In this document: positions 25,222 to 40,348 of the stretch, piece after piece | How the letters are laid out: each line of letters opens with the position of its first letter | How positions within the stretch are numbered: the stretch's first letter is position 1 | The notes under the pieces: generated by a model | Database searches by the model: none | Told to the model about the DNA's origin: nothing | What the model saw: only the letters and a program-made list of their open reading frames with translations | NCBI RefSeq assembly: GCF_006345805.1 | Contig: NC_043009.1 | Location: forward strand, 58,900,001-58,964,000 | DNA length: 64,000 bases | Reading direction: 5' to 3' | From: Octopus sinensis | Taxonomy: Eukaryota | Program-made: the position numbers and the translations under genes

Positions 25222-27414
25222 TATTTGTGGTGGCATTACCATATTTTCATTTTAAGTGTATCTCTTTAGACTTTCATTAGAATTCATATGTATATAATAC
25301 GCATATGTATATGTGTACAGGATTCTCTGTGCGTATGTGTGTGTACCTGTAGTGCCTTCTCTAAATTTGAGTTTATATGTAAAACCTTTTATTCTCCAAA
25401 AATGTATTCTGGATTCATTCATACGAGCGGGTCAATTTTCTTTCTGAAGGCGAACATAACTGACAATCAATGTTATAAATATCAACTCAAAGTGTCATTA
25501 AAAATTTTATAGTGGAGTTTTCATGTAAATTTCACTCGCTCCTTCCTCACCGTTTCCTTCCAGTTGATGGATCGGTGTCTGTTATTCTTTTTTTTTCCTC
25601 GGGGTAGAAATATTTAATGCTCAAAGTTAAAATATATAATTAAAATGGATATTATTTTATCTATATTTTATGCGCATAAATAGCTCTTTGTACCACATAT
25701 ATGTGTATTTCTATATTTATATATCATGGACGCAGGTTAATTGATAATTATATTTTGATCATTATTGAGTTGAGTGTAGTCTTCAAATAAGTCCTTCCAA
25801 GTTGTGGAGATGGGCTACTTACATGTTTACAGGATATGAAATTAACCAGGATCAAAAATGAGATCAGTATTACTTTTAGTCTACAAGGATGGACCAACAC
25901 ACGAATATTTAGGGGTTTCATCAACAAAGAAATATTTGTCTTCAAATTTCTGAAGTTCTGCTGGCTATGATCAACCATTCTAACATCTGATGTTTCTATA
26001 TACTCCAGAGTTCTTATACTTCGTAGCTATTTATCACTTCCAATTACACATAATTTAAAATGGCGACGAAAATACTCGAACATGTATTTCTTCGTGTAAA
26101 TGGATTTATAATTTATTCATCACATTAGAGATGTTGTACCATTTCATCATATCTTCTTTTACTTTCCTTCCGCACTGAATTTATTTATATATTCATTTTA
26201 CCTTTTTCTCTCTTCACATGTAAAAGCAATTTATATTCAATATTAAGCTTTAGATGAAAATTGTAATTAACTTGAATTAAATATTCTATATTGTATGATT
26301 GTAGCCAACCAGATTTTTGCATGTATGAAAGACGATTGTTTATTCTGGAAAAAAGCGCTGAATTGTAATTTTGCTGAAGGAATCCAGTCTAAAAATCTAG
26401 TAGTCTAAAATTAAAACCTTACGCATGTTATTTTATGCTCTAAGCCATTTTATGCTCGAATCCAGTTTTAAAAAATCTAGTTGTCAAACATTAAAACCTT
26501 ATTCATTTCATTTTATTCTCTGAGCCTACACCGGATGCTAAATATACACGACTTGCAAGTATTTGACATTGATTTAAATTCAATAAAGTTTTATATGTAT
26601 ATATATTATTTGCCATGAAGGAAAACTAGGGATATTTGAATGCCGAAACGAGTCTGTAAAGTGAAAGATTTTTACATACGTATGATGCTGAATACTAACA
26701 AAATTTTGATGTTTATTTTATGCTTAATATTGACCGTTAATTTCCTCTCGTGTTGAAGAGAGAGTAAATTGTGTGTTTTTATTGTTCAGTTAATTATCAG
26801 GTGAAGTAATAATTATTTTCCTTACAGCAATAAAACTAGTTTTCTTCAAAAACTTTGAAAAACAATTACAAGGGAAACAAATAAAAGCGCAATTAATGTA
26901 TTTAATATTTTATTTGTCTGCAATAGGAACGTTTCGATCCATGAGGTTATCATCACCACTTCTTATGGGTATAAACTAAAAAACAAAATCATAGGTGAAT
27001 TATAATATACATTTAATACAAATGTATAGCATATTTGCATGTATCAACAGCAGTCACTTCAGAAAAGATATCAGATACAAGTGTTCCAGAGAAGATAATG
27101 TCAGCTATAGTTTTGTGGATATATATAGAGAAAGAAACGACTTCTGTCAGTGGTGGAGGTGGATGAAGATTTTAAAACACAATGACGTACATTTTCGTCT
27201 CTTTTTGCCCCGAAGGCAGAGCAGTTCGTTAGGATATTAGTGTTCTCGTTTCTGTAGTGAAAGTCTAGTTTTCGTTATTTCTATGCACAGTTAATCTGTT
27301 ATATTTTGATGCTCTCTTCTCTCACGAACTAGTCGTTTGTGATTAAACATACCCGCAAGACATTTTCGAGAAGAAGAGGCCTATTTGTGAACGAGGTTAA
27401 AAATTCCTTGTTTT

Positions 27415-27451
<37 letters not shown>

Positions 27452-27578
27452 GGCGATTTTGTTATTAGCTTCTTTTCTTTTGCCGATTTTGAAATTGGTT
27501 AAACGTACACATATTCATGCCAGCATACATACGCATATGTATATCTGTGTGTGTGTGTGTAAGTATATATGCATACGC

Positions 27579-27631
<53 letters not shown>

Positions 27632-27666
27632 TGTGTGTGTCTATATATACATACATACCTATATAT

Positions 27667-27733
<67 letters not shown>

Positions 27734-27746
27734 GAACAAACACGCT

Positions 27747-27800
<54 letters not shown>

Positions 27801-28249
27801 GCGTGTGTGTATATATGCATCAATGTTGCTCGCCAACTTGATTTCACGCATAACAATTTCTTATACGACACCTTCATCTCTCATAGTTTTCTTAACATTT
27901 GTACTGAGTGAGTTAAAATTGTTAGTTAACCTTCGTATTTTCTTTATATTTTTGTGAAAAACGAAGCGCAATATTTGGTCAAGTATCACACAAACCGCTA
28001 CTTTGCTCTTAGTAAACATCGAAAGTGATTTTTTAGACCTTTAAGTTTAGACCTTTGTACCTAAAGAATTACAGGGTCTGTTGGTGCTGTTTAAGCTGTA
28101 CTCATTTAAGCACATGTGTTGGTCTCTCAATATGTGATGTTTCATTGATGACAAATGTTCTAAAAGTGTACAACGAACTTGGATTGTGTAAGCAATGTTA
28201 TCGCAAGATCCTCTACACTATAGAGCTTTACCATACTGACGTTTTCAAG

Positions 28250-29820
28250 CATTGAATTTCAATTTTGAATCTATAGACCACTGTTGTTCAAGATAGACCT
28301 TCCTCAACCTCAGCTCATTGTGCAATATAACTCCAATGAACCGTTATGGTGTTCGAAGAGATATGCTTTTCTTTCTCCTCCTGATTTTAAGGGAAATTGT
28401 TTATGAGAGACTCGAAAATAAATTCTCCATAAATATCTTTGGAAGCCTGAAATCATCAAGCTAGATGACATGAACCACCTATCGGCTGTATTCTTACGCG
28501 TGGTCTCTTTTCGCTCTAGTGTCTCAGTCTAGATTAAGATATAGTCGAGGCACCGAAGTGATGATCGTCAGTGTCAGACATTTGCTGGAGGAGCGCATAG
28601 AACAACCTATCACATATATATTTTTATTGGCCACGGGGGCGGGGCTAAACATAGAGGGGTCAAACAAGGACAGACAAAGGGATTAAGTCGATTACATCGA
28701 CCTCACTGCGTAACTAGTTCTTATTTAATCGACCCCGAAAGGATGAAAAGGCAAAGTCGATCTCGGTGGAATTTGAACTCAGAACGTAACAGCAGACAAA
28801 GTGTTGTTAAACATGTCTCCCGGCGTGTTAACGATTCTGCCAGCTCGCCTCCCTAACACATATGATACCTGATGAGACGCAATTCCATAATGAGACAGCA
28901 AACCATCTTTTCAAGTACATCTAAGTCAAATGCAAATGATTTGCAGTTGATATTTGATATTCGAATTAATCACCTTTGGTGAAAACTCTCGTACCTTTTA
29001 TGTGTCATCGATACGAAACCCATGACTCAGGTGTGTATAGTAGGGATATGATGGCGGAAGCATCATAGATGCAAAGTTTGGGCAACGGTTTCAAGTCCCT
29101 GTCTGACTGGATTCAGTTCCTCAGGGATTCAAATCCAACTACCACCTTTTCAATAATTAAGTTGGTTTCGGAATCTAGGGATCGATCGCTAGAGATTGAT
29201 CCAAAAAGATGCGGAAAAGAATCCCCTACATCAAATCTGATCCCTTGAACATGTGTATTTGGTTCCACAAAGGTCTCTCCTGAAACAGGTGTATCCATCA
29301 CTTCACAAAGAGTATTGGCGCTGGAGACAGAGGTAATAATTTATTCAATCTTGCGTTCCATAAGGGTCCCAACAGCTCAGTCGGGAGCAAACGTTATAAA
29401 AGACTTTGGTTTAACTTCTAAATGGTTCTGATTAAGACATTTCATCTGTTGTGCAATAGCGTACAGAGAAGGTTAGACATGGGTCCTTAAATCCTTAAGC
29501 AATCTCAACCAGCGAAAACGTTTACACTGCTTAACACTTGCCCGGAAACGAAAAACATCTGACATGAAATATCGCGTTCACAAAATTCTTTAACTAGACA
29601 AAGAACTCAATAACTTAAGTGGGTACCCTAGCTTTTCAAGATATTTCAAATTGTATTTCTATTCAAGGTGACAAATGTATACATTAGCTCCACAAAATCT
29701 TGGTACACAGGAAGTTTCTGTTCCATGCGATCCTCCAGCAAATGCCTGACACTAACGATCATCACATTGATGCTTCGACTAGGTCTTAATCTAGAATGAG
29801 GCACTAGAGCAAAAAGAGAC
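28250..29820 (-). mobile_element. Degenerate RTE-clade LINE RT fragment
   Basis: Minus frames: DSFPHLFGSISSDRSLDSETNLIIEK (cf. FxYLGS..DGxxDxEI), SLLYTPESWVSYR, VVHVI*LDDFRLPKIF (cf. WxGHVxRMxDxRLPK). A SINE is inserted at 28621. Confidence 0.7.
28621..28850 (-). mobile_element. SINE family A monomer
   Basis: Homologous to the 10723 element, single body. Confidence 0.85.
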
Positions 29821-30053
29821 CACATGTAAGACTACAGCTGAGTAAAAAGAATTCAACTACATATCTTTCCCAGAGCTACAAGAAGATAGAACGAAACTTA
29901 CCATTGTTATACGTAACGGCATCATACCTCACTCTCGCACACACACTCACACACACACTCGCAAACAGGCATACACACACACACACATATATATATGTAC
30001 ATATATATTTGCATTGTATAGTTGAATATGTTTATGTGCATATATTTATTTGT

Positions 30054-30312
30054 GGAGGCGCGTGGCTTAGTGGTTACGGTATCAGCACCATGATCGTAAG
30101 ATTGTTGTTTCGATTCTTGGACCGAGAGACGCTTTGTGTTCTTGAGCAAATCACTTCATTTCACGTTTCTCCAGTCCACTCAGCTGGCAAAAATGAGTAA
30201 CGCTGCGATGGACTGGCTTCCCCTCCAGCTAGGGATCACATACGCCATAGAAACCGAGAAACCGGGCCCATGAGCCTGGCTAGGCTTTAAAAAGGGGCGC
30301 ATTTATTTATTT
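30054..30312 (+). mobile_element. tRNA-derived SINE, body X (CORE-like) + tail P
   Basis: GGAGGCGCGTGGCTTAGTGG..TTTCGATTC head; TGTGTTCTTGAGCAAATCACTT..CCAGTCCACTCAGCTGGCAAAAATGAGT; (ATTT)n end. Confidence 0.8.
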
Positions 30313-30368
30313 TATTATATATTTATTTACATTGATATATATGTATTATATATGCATATGTATGTATG

Positions 30369-30399
<31 letters not shown>

Positions 30400-30652
30400 A
30401 TTCTTTTTCTAGAATTAGATATCGAAGTAAATACAAATAAATAAATAAATAACAACATATAATTATTGGTTTGCAGAGCACTTCGGGATTGAAAAAGTGG
30501 AGGACATACGTATCCAAGTTTATGCTTTTATTCAATATTTACAAGTTGTAATTTATAGATTTTATCTACTTCGCGTTCCACCCTTAATACAGATTTATAC
30601 GTTTGTATGTGTGTGTATGGATATATATATATATATGCACACATACATATAA

Positions 30653-30720
<68 letters not shown>

Positions 30721-31096
30721 GTGTGTGTATAGTGTTCAGAATTAGTATCAATTTGCGAAATATCGGCTTCCAATCGAATTTCATGAAGTATTCGATTGTG
30801 ATTAAACATGTCCGCGAGCTATTTTTCTCTCCAAATATCTATTTGGGATCGAGGCAGAAAATATTTTGCTTCGAATACGTTGGAGTGTTATTTAATTACC
30901 AGCCGAAACCAGTATATTTTAGGAAAACTATTGATACATATAAACACACAATGTGTGCGTATATATTTCTGTTTTCGATATATATATAACTTAATACTAC
31001 TTCGAATTTCCTTATGAATATAAGATGCCTTGATGATGCTCATACGGGTCAACATTGATACAGAAAATGTTTCAAACAAATTAGTTTTCTTTTTAT

Positions 31097-31308
31097 AAGG
31101 CGGGCTGCTGTCAGAGTTGTTAAAACGCCGGGCACAATGCTTAGCGTCATTTCGTTCGTTCAGTGTTCAAACTGCATCGGGATAATCTTCGCATTTTATC
31201 CTTCCGAGGTTCATAAAATAAGTATTACTTGAGTACTGGGTCGATGTTATTGACTAGCACCCTCTACCGAAATTTTCATGACTAATACTATTAGTAGAAA
31301 GGATTATT
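31097..31308 (+). mobile_element. Old diverged SINE family A copy
   Basis: AAGGCGGGCTGCTGTCAGAG..ATCCTTCCGAGGTTCATAAAATAAGTA aligns to family A with many substitutions. Confidence 0.6.
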
Positions 31309-31353
31309 TAGCATATCGCTTAGTGCTTTTCTACAACACTATTTAGAGCATCG

Positions 31354-31974
31354 AAGGCGGCGAGCTGGCACGCCGGGCGAAATGCGTAGCGGTATTTCGT
31401 CTGCCGCTGCGTTGTGAGTTCTAATTCCGTTGAGGTCAACTTTGCCTTTCATCCTTTCGGGGTCGATTAAATAAGCACCAGTTACGCACTGGGGTCGATG
31501 CAATCGACTTAATACCTATGTCTGTTCTTGTTTGTCCCCTCTATTTTTAGCCCCTTGTTGGTAATAAAAAGATAGGTATTTCGTCTGCCGCTACGTTCTG
31601 AGTTCAAATTCTGCCGAGGCCAACTTTGCCTTTCATCCTTTCGGGGTCGATTAAATAAGTACCAGTTACGCACTTGGGTCGATATAATCGACTTAAAATC
31701 CTTTTTTCTGTCCTTGTTTGTCCCATTTATGTGGGCAATAAAGCGTATTAGTGCCCCTTTTGTGGACAATAAAGAAAACGTTAGCACGCCGGGCGAAATG
31801 CTTAGTGGTATTTCGTCTGTCTTATGTTCTGATTTCAAATTCCGCCGAGGTCGACTTTGCTTTTCATCCTTCCGGGGTCGATAAATTATGTATCAGTTGC
31901 ATACTGGGGTCGATCTAATCGACTGGGCCCCTCTCCCAAAATGTCGGGCCTTGTGCTTAGAGTAGAGGAGAATA
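31354..31974 (+). mobile_element. SINE family A trimer
   Basis: Three consecutive bodies, junctions at about 31570 and 31775; last unit has the alternative tail. Confidence 0.85.
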
Positions 31975-32570
31975 TCTTGAACATCGTTCAATAAAGTGAA
32001 TAATAAAAATACCGGGAATACATACATATACATGTATGCTTCTCGAAGCAGCGATCGAATGCTATATGTGTACAGATTCATACCCGTCACTACTCTTTCC
32101 TATCTCCAACAACGGAACCACAGCACCTTTTCCTACCTAACTCATCACCAATTTCCTTCACTCCTAAAAACAGTGAGTTTGTTCTCACTCATCTTATGCT
32201 TTTCTTCAAATGAAAGTCTTACGTTCGAAACTTTAATTAACTTTCCCATCATTTTAATCGTTAATCTAATGCAGTATTGGTTTAAAGATGTACCTTCTGC
32301 TTCCTAAGTTATCTCACGTTACTTCACTCCGAACCACTTATTCTTACTTTCATTCATCCTACGATTTTCATCTGATGAACGACTAACACCCGAAACGTCA
32401 AAACATATTTCCCCCGTTTAACTAATACGCTATTTATTTACACATGACCCTCTTGTGATGCCATTTTCGATTTGTTTTCGCTTATTATGTTTTCTATATA
32501 TGAGTACGTAATTGAGTGTGTGTCTGTGTATATGCATGTGTGAAATAATATCTAGGAATCCAACGATGAA

Positions 32571-32615
<45 letters not shown>

Positions 32616-32715
32616 CTACACATATATAAACATATATATATGTGCATATATTTGAGCATTTATATACATACATATATATATATAACACAAATATATACAG
32701 ATGTATATATGTTAC

Positions 32716-32749
<34 letters not shown>

Positions 32750-33132
32750 ATATATATACATAAACGCAAAAATATTTACATATGTATATATGTTTGTATA
32801 TAACCATATAAAATCACTTACACCAATCAATTGTAAGCTGGTTTCTCAGCGGCTGCTTGCTGATCTATTCGACTGAGCTTCATGTATCTACTGAAACAGT
32901 TGACACGCTTATAAGTGGTCGAAAATGCAACAGATCATTCATATATGATGTAGAATCGATCCTCACGGACAATGCTATGCAGGAGATATTCTATTAAAAT
33001 TAGCTTTATCTTATCAGATGGATTGAACCATAATAGTTTCTGTGGAAATTTCCATTCTCACAAAGACAGCATATTAGAAATGGAAGTACGTATGTCATGT
33101 TTTGATACGTACGCAAGCGTACATAAGTGTAT

Positions 33133-33190
<58 letters not shown>

Positions 33191-33214
33191 ATACTACAAC
33201 AAACAAAACATAAC

Positions 33215-33268
<54 letters not shown>

Positions 33269-33499
33269 GTGTGTGTCTGTAGATATACATACGTATATAC
33301 AAATATATATATAAACGCATTGAATATATTTGTATGTATGTGTTATGGATATACATGTGTATAATAATGTACGTGCGCATCGCTGAAGGAAGCCAGAGAA
33401 TATTATCTGTTTTGATCTATCCTGTTCGCATGACTGTTGCTAACATCATAAATATTTAAAGTTACTCTAGTTTGGAGCTGTTACCTCAATAAGTTCTTA

Positions 33500-34600
<1,101 letters not shown>

Positions 34601-35186
34601 TATATGTTCATGTTCGTAAGTATTCGAACTTTGTACTGTATTTCTATATAGATTTGTGTCTATGTAAAAGGATTGGCAGAAAAAATTTTAGCTTTCCATT
34701 GTGCCTTTGACGTCTCAATGCTAATACTTTAAGTCTATTGGTTATTAAATATATTATATACACCAATTCTGGTGATATAAATAATATCGATAAAATGAAG
34801 AGAAAAAAATTTTCCCAAAAACCTTGTTTACCGCGTCTGTATGCTCCAATGTTAGGCTGACATCCTCACAGAAAACACACACACACACACAGACACACGC
34901 ACGCACACACACACATACACAAAATCACTCAGCGCACACTGACACTCATATGCTACACGCACCACAACCACTTACGCACCCACACACATTGCACTAACAG
35001 TCATTTATACACATTTACAGACTGCGCAATCATTGTCCGTCTTTGTATGTGTCTGTGTTTTATATAAATATGTGTATAGATCAATGTATGCATGTACATA
35101 TAATATATATACATATATATTAATATATATATATATATATTATAATATATATACTATATATATACTATCTATATATATATATGTAC

Positions 35187-35228
<42 letters not shown>

Positions 35229-35973
35229 AGAGAGAGAGAGAGAGAGAAAGAGAAATATATATATAAATAGAAATATATATATGAATAGAAATGTATCTAC
35301 CTATCTATCTATCTATCTCTATCTCCTCTATATATATATATATATATATATCAACAGCAACAACAATGATAATAAGGATTATTACGATGTTGCTTAGCAT
35401 TACTGATAATTCTTTATATATATGCATCTATATGATGACATATACAGCACTATTTATGTATATATATTATGAGTGTGTATGCTTGTTATATTATATTTTA
35501 TTTATTAAATCGACATATCCAGCTTATATACACATTCATTCACACACCTCTATACATATCCAAGCCATCAAACTACAAACATTTTCCAACGTATGTAAAT
35601 CTACTTATATATATTACATACGAACAAATGACATTTTTTTCTCTTTTGCTTCTCTGTATTAGTCTAAAACCAAAATATTCCAGAATTGCCTTATTCCTGG
35701 CTGTGTGGTTAAGAAGCTGGCTATGCCAGCAAGTGAATTCGATATCAGACTCACTGATTCAACACGCCAAGAATGTAAGCGGATCTATATCTAGCGTTAG
35801 AGTGACCACATGTGGTCTCTCTACTATTACTTGTATTAATAATTTTTACTGTATCCCAGTCTTTTTATACGCTAGGCCACTTGGTGTTTTAAATTGATGT
35901 TATTAATTAATATTCAATTTTTTTCACCCTTATTGTGATTTTAATTGTATATATATATATATATATATATATA

Positions 35974-36325
35974 CGTGACTTCAGTGACCGAAGGTGCTAA
36001 TCAGCACCAGTAGTGCTAGAGATCAGAATCAGAACAACTCTTAGCACAAGGAAGCACTTTTCTAGTGACTGACAATGGAGACAAGCTCCTTACAGCAAGC
36101 TAGACGAAGACTGATCATCGATGCTTTTTGGATTTGATTAATCAACATCAGTGACTTGCACCCGGATGAGAGTCTCTGTTGAGTAATAATCAAACCCGCA
36201 ATCATCGTTCGGTGATTCGGCTCAGCCACGATTGCTGTAGTCATTACAGAAGTGCTTCCCCGTTCTGACTCTAATTTCTAGCAATGCTCGTGCTCACAAG
36301 CACCCTCGGTCCATTTAGTGACATC
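35974..36325. mobile_element. Possible MITE with about 80-bp diverged terminal inverted repeats
   Basis: Left GACCGAAGGTGCT..AGCAC..TGCTAGAGATCAGAATCAGAAC..GAAGCACTT; right end reverse-complemented GACCGAGGGTGCT..AGCAC..TGCTAGAAATTAGAGTCAGAAC..GAAGCACTT; TATA flanks. Confidence 0.55.
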
Positions 36326-36399
36326 TATACTGTGCCTTTTGGTTGTGAATTGCGAATAATTAATATACATATATAATTTCAGCCGCCATGCTTGATCGC

Positions 36400-36770
36400 T
36401 CAATCCACAAGCTATTTTATTCTCTCTCTGTTTATTTCCGCGTGCTCTTTTCACTTGAAAAGCGTGGGGTCGGAACGTGAAAGACTTAATCACGTTTCCG
36501 AGTGTCAAATTAAGACACCTGCTTGTTGTTTATACACCTGTCTTCGTCTTTTATTTTTCTGTAAATTTCAACTATATATATAATATAATATATATATATA
36601 TGTATGTATTATAATATATTTTTTCTCTCCTTGTGTTTTCTGTGTTCCTTTCTGTAGAAGAGCGTAGGCCCGAAACGTAAAAGATTTTTCTATTCCTGAG
36701 CGTTATCAAATAATCTGTTTGTTTTGTACACCAGTCTTCGTCTTTTGTATTTTTCGTAAACTCTCCCTAT
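36400..36770 (+). repeat. Two diverged direct repeats (about 130-150 bp) separated by (TA)n, each with a hammerhead-like motif
   Basis: GAAAAGCGTGGGGTCGGAACGTGAAAGACT..TACACCTGTCTTCGTCTTTT and GAAGAGCGTAGGCCCGAAACGTAAAAGATT..TACACCAGTCTTCGTCTTTT. Confidence 0.7.
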
Positions 36771-36807
36771 ATATATATATATATATATAATATATATATA
36801 TATATAC

Positions 36808-36845
<38 letters not shown>

Positions 36846-36849
36846 GGTG

Positions 36850-36886
<37 letters not shown>

Positions 36887-37020
36887 TATATATATATATA
36901 ACATGTATGTATGTATGTATGTATATGTGCATGTATATATGACGAGCTTCCCATTTATCACTGTCAGCCAATTTCACCCTCAAGAACTTCTTCGGACGTA
37001 GTTGAAGCCACTTGCTCAAA

Positions 37021-38220
37021 ATTAATAACATCAATTCAAAACACCAAGTGGCCTAGCGTATAAAAAGACTGGGATACAGTAAAAATTATTAATACAAGTA
37101 ATTATTAACGCTAAATATAGATCCGCAAAGGGAATCCACCACTAAAGAATTGTTCTCAAGCATTAATTCAACACGCCAAGAATGTAAGCGGGCAGGACAA
37201 ATGAAAAATAACGAAAAAATAGATTAACTCTATACAATTGTTTCATCGTTAATAGGAGTGTGTCATTTTACTTACATAATCATTTTCGAATCTTCAGTAG
37301 AGTATATCAAAAAATAATTGCTGACCGAACGCCACAATCCATACGAAGCGAGAGTAAAGGCGAACTGCACAGCCGATTATATTTGCAGTTAGTTACGTTC
37401 AAATATCCTCATTTCTAGCGCGTTTGAAAATACCGGATGTAAATACTACCCCAGTAATTACTGCCGGTTGAGAACATATTAATTTATAATTAAAATCACA
37501 ATAATTTATAATTTCATCTATTAACGATGAAACAATTGTATAGAGTTAATCTATTTTTTCGTTATTTTTCATTTGTTCTGCCCGCATACATTCTTGGCGT
37601 GTTGAATTAATGCTTGAGAACAATTCTTTAGTGGTGGATTCCCTTTGCGGATCTATATTTAGCGTTAGAGTGACCACATGTGGTCTCTCTCTTATTACTT
37701 GTATTAATAATTTTTACTGTATCCCAGTCTTTTTATACGCTAGGCCACTTGGTGTTTTAAATTGATGTTATTAATTAATATTCAATTTTTTTCACCCTTA
37801 TTGTGATTTTAATAAATTAACATGTTCTCAAACCGGCAGTAAATTACTGGGGTAGTATTTACATCCGGTATTTTCAACGCGCCAGAAATGAGGATATTTG
37901 AACGTAACTGCAAATATAATCGGCTGTGCAGTTCGCCTTTACTTGGCTTCGTATGGATTGTGGCGTTCGGTTCAGCAAATTATATTTTTGATATACTCTA
38001 CTGGATATTCGAAAATGATTATGTAAGTAAAATGACACAATCTATTAACGATGAAACAATTGTATAGAGTTAATCTATTTTTCGTATTTTCATTTGTCCT
38101 GCCCGCTTACATTCTTGACGTGTTGAATTAATGCTTGAGAACAATTCTTTAGTGGTGGATTCCCTTTGCGGATCTATATCTAGCGTTAGAGTGACCACAT
38201 GTGGTCTCTCTCTTATTACT
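37021..38220. repeat. About 520-bp unit in inverted plus tandem arrangement: rc(B-A), A-B, partial A
   Basis: 37516-38039 repeats from 38040; 37021-37500 is the reverse complement of a circularly permuted unit; partial copy at 35757-35945. Confidence 0.9.
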
Positions 38221-38963
38221 TATATATATATATATATTCATTATTTAGCAGAAGTAAAAGAGTTATAAGGATTAAATATTTTGTGCGTTGGTACTTATCA
38301 ATTATTTTGAGCTTTATTTTTACCTATTTGCCTCATCAAACCTTTGTGAGTGTGTATGTCTAAGTGTGTATGTGTGCGCATATGTATGTATGTATGTTGT
38401 TTCTACCTGCGTGTGTTCCTTTGTGTTTGTCTCCCATCTTCACCTGACATCTGGACTGTTTGCTCAAGCCTTGTAACAGAGCTGCTCGGCTAAAGAGTTC
38501 GATGGAGTCAATACCCGACTTTAAAACGTAACTAGCATTGTCTATTTATTCAGCAAAAGCTCGAAATTTTGCGCAGCGGGCTCAAACTTGAAATCATGTG
38601 GATGTAGTCCAACGTCTGGATTACATAGCTATACATTGGACAATAGAGATCCCTAATTATCGAGTCGAAATTATACTCAATTATGGCTCTACTCATAACA
38701 CACTTGATCTTCGCCAAAACACCAATACTAACAACATTAGGCTATTACAGTATTTGTCATTTGAACTTCATTAAATTACAATGTTTATATATGCTGTTTG
38801 CCTCAAATGTAATAATAAACATTATTTATTGGAATTTATCAGTATTTATATTTAATTTTATTGCTTTCTTATTGTTCATTCACCAGACATGATTTATACC
38901 ATTTCATTCTTTACAATCGCAGGTTGTCACTGAGGTCTCAGCAGCAAACATACATTTGATATA

Positions 38964-39381
38964 TACTCTTTTACTTGTTTCAGTCATTTGACTGCGGCCA
39001 TGCTGGAGCACCGCCTTTAGTCGAGCAAATCGACCCCGGGATTATTCTTTGTAAGTCCAGTACTTATTCTATCGGTCTCTTTTGCCGAACGTAAGCTAAG
39101 TGACGCGGACGTAACACACAGCATCGGTTGGTCGTGTCAAGCAATGATAGGGGACAAACACAGACACACAAAACAACACCACACACATATTATATATATA
39201 TATATATATATTATACGAAAGGCGCTTCTTTCAGTTTCAGTCTACCAAATCCACTCAAAAGGCATTGGTCTGCCCGGGGCTATAGCAGAAGACACTTGCC
39301 AAGGTGCCACGCAGTGGGACTGAACCCGGAACCATGTGGCTCATAAGCAAGCTACTTACCACACAGCCACTCCTGCGCCTA
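38964..39381 (-). mobile_element. SINE family B
   Basis: Reverse complement of the 7115 element with an internal (CA)/(TA) linker. Confidence 0.85.
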
Positions 39382-40297
39382 TATAGATATATATTGTTGA
39401 TATGTATGTATATTATTGCATGTTTCCTTTCGCCGTGTGCGAGACCCCGGCTGAGATTTGAACCACTGCTCCCAGATTTTCCTAGTCTAGAACAGCGAAA
39501 AAATGTATCTCAATAAACGAAAAGAAGTCGACATAATGTTATTAACACCTGCATGAATATGGCTTGACCGATTACACTGGATGTCTTCTGTATATGAGCG
39601 AGTTGTTCCCGACGAACAGCTTTGATAGGAAATTCTAGATGGCTGTTTAACAGCTATAAAAAGCTGGCCAATTCAACCAACAAAGATAAAAATTAAAAAA
39701 GAAGAGAAACCTATGTTGTTTCTCACCTTTCTTTCACTTTTCTTACGTGACAAGCATATTATCGTAACCGACAAAGAGCACACGCCTCAAATTATTATAA
39801 CTTGTAACACATATTAAATATATATGTAATGTTTTAACTTCCATCCACTACTTGCACAATAATACCCACCCAGATACACGCAGAAGATTTATAATCGTTG
39901 CCTATTTTGAATGGCGTTCGAGTGATGCATTGAATGTACATGCGTACATATACATGCATGCATACATACATACATATATACATACATATATATGTATGGA
40001 ATAAGAACCCACAGTACGGTGGAAGTCATAGCCACTCATAATAGAAAGGTGTACTGGTTGAACGTCCCAGTGAAAACCCCAATAATATGTAAACAAATAA
40101 TATATATATATATGTATATTTATATATATAAATATGTTAGAAAGTTAACCACTACATATATATATAATTATATATATATATATATATTATATATATATAT
40201 ATATATATAATATATATGTGTGTATATATATATACACATATATATATATATATATATATGTATTTATGTATGCAGTTTGCGTGTGCATTATATATAT

Positions 40298-40348
<51 letters not shown>

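Noticed and set aside
26360-26525. Two diverged 80-bp tandem units
   Set aside because: Real but short and AT-rich, with no further structure; treated as an ordinary local duplication.
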